Source: Macrostomum lignano (Eukaryota). Taken from it: DNA of 33,538 bases. Below the pieces are notes generated by a model. It saw nothing but the letters and a program-made list of their open reading frames with translations, did no database searches and had not been told where the DNA came from. Each line of letters starts with the position of its first letter. Within the stretch, counting starts at the first letter, position 1. The stretch is taken from assembly GCA_002269645.1 (NCBI GenBank), contig NIVC01004846.1:1-33538 (forward strand), given 5' to 3'. Both the position numbers and the translations under genes were made by a program. Shown here piece by piece: positions 1-8,793 of the stretch.

Positions 1-649
1 TCCTAAGATGCCAAATGCCACAATGATCAGGGGTTGTATTTTGGATATTGTGGTAGGTCAATAGATGTTTTTGTTCTTAATTATTCTATCCCACTGGCCA
101 CTAAGGCCACTAAGTTGTAAGGCCTATCTATCTAGAATCTAGGTTGGTATGTGATTGATTTTATCAAAATTAGAGTCCTAAATTTAGACTAACCCTAGAT
201 TGGAGTTGCCCAATGAGACAAACTTCTTACTCTTGCTGTCTCCTAATAGTTATTACTTCTTTTTTCTATTAGCTTAAGCTTAGAGAATAGTAAGTTAGAA
301 TGCTTTGCTTTATTTCTTAGACCAAATTGTAGAGATGCAGCCAAATCTAAAATGAGGCAAAATTTGCTTGTATTTATAGTCTTATGGGGAGGTGCATCAG
401 TGCATAAAACAAGTATAGCAAAACAAAGTCATCAATTTGAAAAAATTACCAAGAATAGTTCCTGTCAAAATAATTCTCTTATTTATAACAAGTTTAGAAT
501 TAAGTTATATAGTAGGGCTAAGTTTAGACTTTGTAGTCATAGATCTAGATATATATCCTAAACTTAAATATGCCCTAAAATCTAATTAGTAGGCTCCCTA
601 GTGTCATGGTGACCCATAATCAGGATCAAGATCATGACATGACGCACCT

Positions 650-775
650 ATGCCAGAACAAATCCTATCAAAAAGTTGGATTGCACTATGCACCAGAATA
701 AATCCTATCAAAAAAGTTCATTTGTACTGTGCGCTAGAACTAATTCTATCAAAAAAGTTTGCTTGCACCATGTAC
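650..775. repeat. Degenerate ~41-bp tandem repeat, 3 copies
   Basis: The core AGAAyAAATCCTATCAAAAA(A)GTT recurs three times at ~41-bp spacing (gaacaaatcctatcaaaaagtt, gaataaatcctatcaaaaaagtt, gaactaattctatcaaaaaagtt). Confidence 0.6.
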
Positions 776-1302
776 CACAACGTTATAGAAAAAAACTGCA
801 AAAAATCTATAATTTTCCATTTGAAAAATACAAGTAAAACTTGTATTTGAATCTGTTTTATAGAAATGCAATGTTGATACAAATTAATTAAAAAGCCATA
901 AATACACTAGTAAATAAAAATTGCTAATAAAAAGAAATTATATATAATTTTCTGTTGGAGAAAATATTGTCTTGTCCAAAGTTTTTGTTTTGCAACAAGT
1001 TATGCCAATTTTTTGTCTTATGCCTTACTGCACCAGACTTTTCTCCCTTGCATGCTATTGCGCCGGAGTGCCCCAATGCAGCGCATATCCAACCCTTTTT
1101 TGTGTTGGAATTTTCCATGAAAAAGGCTATCTTCCTAACTATGGAATTGGTGACTTGGTAAGGAATAGATATAAACTATAAAGGTCATATCCAATAGTAT
1201 AGAAGTAGCTTGAATTATATGAAAAAGAAAAATGTAGGGCCTATCATTTAAATTGTATTTGAAAAATTAAAATATCAAAAACTAAGTCAATATCCAGGGA
1301 CC

Positions 1303-1959
1303 AAGGTCTAGATCATATAGTCTATAGTTCAGAACACTGTATGTATCCCAGAAAAAAATATGACCAATTTTTTGGTATATGCCAGTTTATGCTAAACATA
1401 TAGAATCTTATTGTAGCTAAAATGTCAATAGGGGGCCTATATACTAACAAATGTAAAATTTCCACAAAATGTACACTAAAATTTCTCCTAAAAAGAGGTT
1501 ATTTATCTTTGACAATGAGTTTCCTAATAAAGGTCATTTTTAAGATAGGGCCTATCAAAAATATTAACAGTTTATTTTTTAGATTACTTTTAGAGATAAA
1601 ATAAAATTAGACCTTTGAAAATAATGATGCAAAGGTCTAGATCATATAGTCTATAGTTCAGAACACTGTATGTATCCCAGAAAAAAATATGACCAATTTT
1701 TTGGTATATGCCAGTTTATGCTAAACATATAGAATCTTATTGTAGCTAAAATGTCAATAGGGGCCTATATACTAACAAATGTAAAATTTCCACAAAATGT
1801 ACACTAAAATTTCTCCTAAAAAGAGGTTATTTATCTTTGACAATGAGTTTCCTAATAAAGGTCATTTTTAAGATAGGGCCTATCAAAAATATTAACAGTT
1901 TATTTTTTAGATTACTTTTAGAGATAAAATAAAATTAGACCTTTGAAAATAATGATGCA
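1303..1959. repeat. Near-perfect tandem duplication of a 329-bp AT-rich segment
   Basis: 1303-1631 and 1632-1959 both start aaggtctagatcatatag and end aatgatgca. The only difference I saw is a G run of 5 versus 4. Confidence 0.95.
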
Positions 1960-2206
1960 TAATTTTAGTTTTCAATGATCATTTTTACTAATTTTATTAA
2001 ATATTAGCTAATTGTAAAAGAACAAAAAAATTATCACTCATTGTTTAGAGTATATGAATCATTCTTTTCTCAAACAAATTTTTGTTTTTGTATGTCAATA
2101 TATGTATAGTGTATGCAACTTTGCAAGAGGTTATTTGTACATTATATTCAAAAATTTCTAGCATACATGTAACCTTCTAAAGTCTAGACTTAAATTAGGC
2201 CCTAGC

Positions 2207-2545
2207 CAGTGGCATAGTCAGGAATTTCAATTTGGGAGAAGGGGAAGGTAGGTTGGCCTGGCTGGTCATGCCTAGTGACATTGCCATTGCCACTTCCCAT
2301 TGCCATTGCAAAGTCAGATAGAATTTGACATTATGAGTTGATTTTAATTTTTATAGCTTCATGTAGTTCATTTTTTCTTTGATGTTTCAACCTGTCCTGT
2401 CCTGCAGACCAACCTGCAGCCAGTCTAATCTAGCCCATAAAGTCTGGGTAATAAAATTTTGCTTGGTTTTTGGTACCCACCACACCCCACCCCACTCCCA
2501 GGCAATTGCCACAGCCCCCTTGGCCCTTTCCTGGCTATGCCATTG
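2207..2545. mobile_element. Non-autonomous hAT-type DNA transposon (MITE), 339 bp
   Basis: 17-bp terminal inverted repeats match at 15/17 (cagtggcatagtcagga at 2207-2223; tcctggctatgccattg at 2529-2545). An exact 8-bp direct repeat GCCCTAGC flanks both sides (2199-2206, 2546-2553). An 8-bp TSD with CAG-type termini is the established hAT signature. There is no transposase ORF. Confidence 0.75.
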
Positions 2546-3214
2546 GCCCTAGCAAAATAAATAGTCACTTTGTATTAAAAATTGATTTTTAAAACGATCT
2601 ATCAAATGTCTCAATTAATTTTTGCCATCTATTCTTTAAACATATATTCAAGATTTTTTAAGTCATTTTTTCATTTTAAAAATAGAAGTTTATTCATTAT
2701 TATATAATTTTCATGATTTATGACAAGTTTGATCAATATTTACTAATTAACTAACAACTCTTATATTACATTATGGTTTCAGCCTATTTTAATCTTCAGA
2801 CAACTAAAATGAGCAAAAATTTCTCTGAATCAGATAAGAGTCTGCTTTGCAATACAATAGCCACTATTGCTATCACAGCTAATAGTGATAGCTCTGTAAA
2901 TAGCGGATGCAAAGTTTTATCAAAGCATTTGCTTCCTCTAAAGCCATATGATTGGGTTGAACTTTATAAGGTTATAATTGATTACCACTTCTAAGTCTTA
3001 ATAAAAAATTAAGCATATTGATTCTAATTTTAAGATAAAGAACTTTCTTTTGTAGACAAATCACAATGCTAATGAAGTCAATGCATTTACACTAACACTA
3101 TCAACTAAAAAAGTTTTTTTGGACAACTTGTTGGAGTCAGTAAGTTTAAAATGTTGTATTAAAATTATTCTTGCATAAATAGTTAAACTGTTTGAATAAT
3201 TTAAATTCAAGAAT

Positions 3215-3890
3215 GGGGATTTGATACCTTGAAGGGGATTTAGGATCTCAATCCTACCTTGAATGGGATTAAGGATCTCAGTCATACCTTGGAGAGGATT
3301 CGATCTTAGACATACCTTGGAGGGTATTTGAGATCTCAGACATACCTTGGAGGGGATTTGGGATCTTAGACATACCTTGGAGGGGATTTGGGATCTTAGA
3401 CATACCTTAGACATCTTAGACATCTTAGACTCTTAGATCTTAGACATCTCAGACATACCTGGAAAGGGATTTGGGATCTCAGTCATACCTGGAAAGGGAT
3501 TTGGGATCTCAGTCATACCTGGAAAGGGATTTGGGATCTCAGTCATACCTGGAAAGGGATTTGGGATCTCAGTCATACCTGGAAAGGGATTTGGGATCTC
3601 AGTCATACATGGAAAGGGATTTGGGATCTCAGTCATACCTGGAAAGGGATTTGGGATCTCAGTCATACCTGGAAAGGGATTTGGGATCTCAGTCATACCT
3701 GGAAAGGGATTTGGGATCTCAGTCATACCTGGAAAGGGATTTGGGATCTCAGTCATACCTGGAAAGGGATTTGGGATCTCAGTCATACCTGGAAAGGGAT
3801 TTGGGATCTCAGTCATACCTGGAAAGGGATTTGGGATCTCAGTCATACATGGAAAGGGATTTGGGATCTCAGTCATACCTCGAAGGGGAT
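3215..3890. repeat. 30-bp minisatellite (GGAAAGGGATTTGGGATCTCAGTCATACCT)n
   Basis: 14 near-identical copies run from 3461. They are preceded by about 8 degenerate copies and a 9-bp agacatctt micro-repeat near 3409-3450. Confidence 0.95.
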
Positions 3891-4271
3891 TTAATAACAA
3901 TCTGTCATAACTAATCCCAGTCAATCAGCCATTCTCTCTGTCTCGCCCGAATAGACAACCAGATCCCTGTTGCGCAATCATCTGGCTAGCCATTTCGGGC
4001 CACTGTCCAGCCTCCACTTGATGAGGCGCAATCGCGGCGGTGGCAGCCGACTAACCGGCAGCGCCATAGCTGAGTTTGCCTCGCCTCAGTCGGCCACCAG
4101 CTGCTTGGCAGCGGAGCCTCCCCAGCTGACCATTCACGGGTCGCCGTGCCCGCTACTCGACAAAGATCCCAGCGGCTGCGGCGACGGCGGCGACCAAGGC
4201 GACGTCGATGTAATCTGCTGCGAGCGTCGCCTTTCTATGAAAAAGCTATCCGTGAAACCGATCCCAGCCCC

Positions 4272-4454
4272 ATGGAATCTGTTGATCCTAACAATTTCTA
4301 TGGCCAAGATGACGGAGAGGAGGCTGAGGACAAATTGGCAGTTCATCAACGTCGAGCTGAACACGCCAATCAGTGCCTGCTGTTCAAAATTAATCCGATG
4401 GCTTTTAGAGCTATTTTGGAGCGACTGGATTTGAAAGATTGGTTTAGACTGTTG
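4272..4454 (+). CDS. F-box/LRR gene exon 1 (coding part; 5' end uncertain)
   Basis: ATG at 4272 gives [12 protein letters not shown]...DWFRLL, followed by donor GTGAGA at 4455 (phase 0). Confidence 0.65.
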
Positions 4455-7400
4455 GTGAGAGACCTTGCTGTGCTTGTTTCATAACCCTTAAATTAATTCT
4501 CAGGTGAGAATCTCCCCAGAATGTCTCTTAGGTGAGAATCTCCCCCAAGAATGACTCTCAGGTGAGAATCTTCCCCAGAATGATTCTCAGGTGAGAATCT
4601 CCCTCAGAATGATTCTCAGGTGAGAATCTCCCCCAGAATGACTCTCAGGTGAGAATCTCCCCAGAATGATTCTCAGGTGAGAATCTCCCCAGAATGATTC
4701 TCAGGTGAGAATCTCCCCAGAATGATTCTCAGGTGAGAATCTCCCTCAGAATGATTCTCAGATGAGAATCTCCCCAGAATGATTCTCAGGTGAGAATCTC
4801 CCCAGAATGTCTCTCAGGTGAGAATCTCCCCCCCCCAAGAATGACTCTCAGGTGAGAATCTCCCTCAGAATGATTCTCAGGTGAGAATCTCCCCAGAATG
4901 TCTCTTAGGTGAGAATCTTCCCCCCCCACAGAATGACTCTCTGGTGAGAATCTCCCCCCAGAATGACTCTCAGGTGAGAATCTCCCTCAGAATGATTCTC
5001 AGGTGAGAATCTCCCCAGATGGTTCTCAGATGAGAATCCCTCCACAGAATGATTCTCAAGTGAGAATCTCCCTCAGAATGATTCTCAAGTGAGAATCTCC
5101 TCCAGAATTATTCTCAGGTCAAAGCAAAGCGCCCACAACCCCGTCGGTGTCCGCAGGAGGTGTGCAGCTGCACACATCACCGGGTACGCCTCGCGCTGAC
5201 AGCCACCCGTCAGTTTCGACTGGATGGGTCGCTGTTCCGACGCGGTTTTCCAGTCCCTTCGCCGCCATTAAACGACAGCCTCTGCATGCGATTGCTGGGC
5301 CAATTATCCACAACGCTGACTTGCCTAACTGTCAATCTGGCGGATTACAGTCAGCGCAGCATTAGCGGCAAACTGCTGATTGACATTGCGCGACAATTCC
5401 CTGCTTTGGAGAGTCTGGAACTCGTGCCTGTACAGCTAAGCGCGGCCGACTGCCGATCAGCTGGTATCGCGGGGCTTCAGCGACTCGCTCGACTGCGCCT
5501 GCTGATGCCGCCGCCCGAGCAGAGGTTTGTCGCTAGCAGGGGAGCTTACGGTGGCCTTGGCTTCAGCAGCAGCTTCAGCAGCGGCTACGGCGACTGGACT
5601 GGGGACGAGTGTCGAATCACTGAAGATGGCCTCTGGCACCTGCTGAAGGTGATGGATTGTTTGATGAGTTGATAACGGATTCTGGGTTTCGGTAGAGATG
5701 ATGGATTCTGGGTTCTGGTAGAGACTAAGGATTCTGGGTTTCGGTAGAGATGATGGATTCTGGGTTCTGGTAGAGACTAGGGATTCTGGGTTTCGGTAGA
5801 GATGATGATGGATGCTGTGTTCCAGTAGAGATGATGATGGATGCTGGGTGTCAGTGGAGATGATGATGGATTCTGGGTGTCAGTAGAGATGATGATAGAT
5901 GCTGGGTGTCAGTAGAGATGATGATGGATGCTGAGTGTCAGAACCTAAAGCCGCTCCCCACCGCACGCAGACCGTGGGTCCCAGACTGGAGGAGCTTCGC
6001 GTCCCGGCCGCCGGCCTCAGCGGCAAGTGCTTCCACTTCCTGACCGACCGCCTGACCATCCTGGAGCTGGTTGGTGTCGTCTCGCCGCGCGTACTTCGCC
6101 GATTGACCGAAGCCGCCTGCTGTCGGTCGCTTCGCTGCCTCCTGGTTGTCGCCGCTCCGCCAAGCCGCACTCCCGCTGGCTGTCGTCTTGCCGACTGGCT
6201 CGACTGGCAGCCAAGCGACCTCTACGCCCGATTGCCGCGTCTGTGCATCGCCGACTTTGCCGGCCGCGGCGTCAGCTGCTCGGCTCGTCACGTTGAGCTG
6301 CCGGTCGGACAGGAGATCGGCTACTTCGGACGTCGGCACGGCGATTTGGGATCGGCAGATATTGGACAGGCCAGGCGTGGCGAGAGATGGCTGAGCGTGC
6401 TCACCGCGTTCACCTGCGTTTCCTGCCTGGTGCTCACGGATACGTCTGTGAGTTGGTTGATGGATGATGGGATTTTGGGATTGATGGATGATGGGATTTT
6501 GGGATTGACAAATGATGGGATTTTGGGATCGACGGGTGATGGGATTTTGGGATTAACGGATGATGGGATTTTGGGATTGATGGATGATGGGATTTTGGGA
6601 TTGATGGATGATGGGATTTTGGGATTGATGGATGATGGGATTTTGGGATTGATGGATGATGGGATTTTGGGATTGACGGATGATGGGATTTTGGGATTGA
6701 CCGATAATGGGATTTTGGGATTGACGGATAATGGGATTTTGGGATTGATGGATGATGGGATTTTGGGATTGATGGATGATGGGATTTCGGGATTGATGGA
6801 TGATGGGATTTTGGGATTGACGGATGATGGGATTTTGGGATTGACCGATAATGGGATTTTGGGATTGATAGATGATGGGATTTTGGGATTGACGGATGAT
6901 GGGATTTTAGGATGAACGAATAATGGGATTTTGGGATCGACAAATGATGGGATTTTGGGATTAACGGATGATGGGATTTTATGATTGTTGAATGATGGGT
7001 TTCGGGGATTTGAGGATAAAGATTGGAGATTTGGGTTGAGATCTTTAGACTGGGTTTAGTTGCATTGCATTGTGCATTGGGTGATGGCGTGTTAGGCTGT
7101 GCATGTTTAAGTAAGTCGATGTGGGTTCTCTCGGATCGTGTCTAGAACATGCACTGCCCGCTACCCCTGGCCATGGCCAGGTGGACGACCAGTGTCTGCA
7201 GGCGGTGAGCCAGCGCCTGTCCAGCAGTCTGCAGGCCCTGTGCCTCACCCACTGCACCCGGATCAGCGCCTCAGGCTTTTGCGCGCTCGCCGAGTGCTCC
7301 AAATTGCGTCGGCTCCGAGTTTCCTGCACGCAGTTCGACCTCGGCGTTTCAACCCGTCTGCCTCCGCCGGGACTGCAGGAGCTGGCGGTGGCCTCCTGCC

Positions 7401-8121
7401 ACCGGCTGGGCCAGCCTGTGCAGCCCGGCGTGCTGCGACGCTTCCTGGCACTTCGCCAACTCGTCAGTCTCGACCTGTCCTTCTGCGTCGGACTGCCGAC
7501 TGCCGACGAGATTGCCGATTGTCTTCGTCGGACCGACAGCGTCGCTGCCGCTGCTAAGCTAACCATCTACTGTAGGGGTGTCAGCGTGCCGATTGCGCAG
7601 GTTAGTACGATGAAGCTTTGGCGTCTCAGCCTCGGCAATCCCATTTAACCCGTTAACAACGTTACCGTGACAAGAATCTTGTGACTTCTCTTCAATTTCT
7701 TGACTATCTGACGATCTGAATGCGGTTATTCTTACTGTTAAAGAGTCATACTCGTACCTTTATGAAACTTCAGGAGCAACTGGACTCGATGAATCTAAAT
7801 AGGCCAGTCGAGTTTAACAACCATCGATATCCATCGTCGTCATTGACTTGTACTCAGCAGGACGGCTGGTCCAATAGCGACTGGACCGCAACAGCCGCCC
7901 AGTCGGTACGGCCAATGTGCCTGCCGACACACTGGGTTCACCCCACTGCCACCGAAGCAGCCCGCCAGCAGGACCTGGAAGGCGGCTACGAGCACTATGT
8001 GGGCGAGTTCGACCTCATAGAGGACGAGCACGACTTCGATTTTGACGATACGGACGATGAAGATTATACAGACGAAGACTTAATCGACTGGGTTGACGAC
8101 GGATCAGATTTTAGCTATTGA
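4272..8121 (+). CDS. F-box-like/leucine-rich-repeat (FBXL-type) protein, five exons, ~639 aa from ATG 4272
   Basis: Predicted join(4272..4454,5157..5648,5971..6447,7181..7600,7774..8121) uses GT-AG introns and keeps one frame throughout. Junction 1 builds an F-box-like motif ([26 protein letters not shown]|EVCS). Junctions 2 and 3 build LRR segments (LWHLLK|[11 protein letters not shown]; CLVLTDTS|VDDQCLQAV). Further LRR-like units include [29 protein letters not shown] and LVSLDLSFC. The true start is uncertain. Confidence 0.8.
4497..5117. repeat. Intron 1 minisatellite, ~28-34-bp unit (CAGGTGAGAATCTCCCCAGAATGATTCT)n, ~21-22 copies
   Basis: Read directly from the sequence. Unit length varies mainly in the C run. 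Confidence 0.95.
5157..5648 (+). CDS. F-box/LRR gene exon 2
   Basis: Acceptor CCGCAG ends at 5156 and donor AAG|GTGATG starts at 5649. An alternative in-frame acceptor ends at 5117. The frame is that of ORF 5160..5672. Confidence 0.8.
5678..5941. repeat. Intron 2 minisatellites: alternating 26-bp units, then ~5 units of ~27-29 bp
   Basis: gattctgggtttcggtagagatgatg alternates with gattctgggttctggtagagacta(a/g)g, followed by (gatgatgatggatgctgggtgtcagtaga)n. Confidence 0.9.
5971..6447 (+). CDS. F-box/LRR gene exon 3
   Basis: Acceptor ACGCAG ends at 5970 with CCTAAA upstream, and donor GTGAGT starts at 6448. The frame is that of ORF 5935..6915. Confidence 0.8.
6461..6990. repeat. Intron 3 minisatellite, 24-bp unit (GGATGATGGGATTTTGGGATTGAT)n, ~22 copies
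   Basis: gggattttgg recurs every 24 bp (for example at 6541 and 6565). Confidence 0.95.
7181..7600 (+). CDS. F-box/LRR gene exon 4 (Cys-containing LRRs)
   Basis: Acceptor GGCCAG ends at 7180 and donor CAG|GTTAGT starts at 7601. The frame is that of ORF 7121..7648. Confidence 0.8.
7774..8121 (+). CDS. F-box/LRR gene last exon with acidic tail
   Basis: Acceptor CTTCAG ends at 7773. The exon reads [11 protein letters not shown]...DDGSDFSY, then TGA at 8119-8121. Confidence 0.75.
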   Translation, partial: EQLDSMNLNRPVEFNNHRYPSSSLTCTQQDGWSNSDWTATAAQSVRPMCLPTHWVHPTATEAARQQDLEGGYEHYVGEFDLIEDEHDFDFDDTDDEDYTDEDLIDWVDDGSDFSY

Positions 8122-8624
8122 TGACAGAAGGCTGCGATGATGCTGTCAGCATGCTCTGTGTTGCATTTTGCTCACCCTTTAAACCAGTTTAAATATACAA
8201 ACGTTAGAAACTATTAACTACCAATAACAACACTAAAAAGCTGCACTTCAAAAGTTTTATAATAGTACTTGAACTTAATTTGCTTCCCGATATATATTGT
8301 AAACGTCATTCATAAACGCTTAAACAAACAGATCCGATACCTTATGTTACTTTAGTATAGAGCATGGCTGACAGGCTACGATTTACGTACTGTATAAAAT
8401 GCGTCTGCGCTTTACAGTGCAGAGCTGTAGAGACTGCAGTTGTGTAGTATGTAATAACTGAGTATGATGCAACATTGATTAGTAAACGGCCAGCACATGT
8501 AATTACAGTATACTATAAGTTGCAGTTTGATCAGCAGGCATCCAGCAACTCGTACAGGTCGGTAGGAGCGCCGCGATCAAGCCAGCATACAGGTTGGTAT
8601 AGCGCGATCCGCAACGCACATCGA

Positions 8625-8750
8625 TCACTTCTTCTTATGACCGCCCTTGGCAGCGGCCTGCTCGCCCTCGGCTTTTTCCGGCTGCTGCTTGGCGGCGTCC
8701 TTGTTGGCATCGGCGGCCTTCTTGTCGGCGGCGGCTTTCTTGGCAGGCAT
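8625..8750 (-). CDS. Micropeptide gene A, copy 1 (41 aa, MPAKKAAADKKAADANKDAAKQQPEKAEGEQAAAKGGHKKK)
   Basis: Start context ACAAAC-ATG, stop TGA, codon use skewed to GCC/AAG/CAG. Start, core and stop align with paralog B, and the inter-type indel is an in-frame 3 bp. Confidence 0.75.
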   Translation of the reverse strand: MPAKKAAADKKAADANKDAAKQQPEKAEGEQAAAKGGHKKK

Positions 8751-8786
8751 GTTTGTCTGTTGAGATTAGGAAGCTGATGCTTGAAG

Positions 8787-8793
8787 CTGCAAT
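8787..8793 (-). promoter_or_regulatory. Candidate 3' splice acceptor ATTGCAG, 36 nt upstream of gene A ATG (repeated in each unit)
   Basis: It follows a pyrimidine-rich run (CTGCTCGCTTCTCAAATTGCAG). The same heptamer sits at the equivalent position in gene B. Confidence 0.5.

Noticed and set aside
352-2994. Short ORFs in the AT-rich block
   Set aside because: They are 60-73 aa with the K/N/I/F bias typical of random AT-rich DNA and have no domains or convincing splice context.
3061-3924. Repeat-encoded ORFs (MTEIPNPFPG)n, (SQSYLERDLG)n, (KVCLRSQIPS)n and 6434..6943 (IPKSHHPS)n
   Set aside because: They result from stop-free units with lengths divisible by 3. They are open on both strands and have no unique flanking domain.
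3215-6990. CRISPR-like appearance of the short repeats
   Set aside because: Units are contiguous with no unique spacers, there are no cas genes, and the context is a spliced eukaryotic gene.
8475-8777. 100-aa plus-strand ORF with a G/L-rich membrane-like stretch (all units)
   Set aside because: It is the antisense shadow of gene A: AAG/GCC/CAG codons read as Leu/Gly/Leu on the other strand. It has a TTG start and no paralogous start or stop in the B region.
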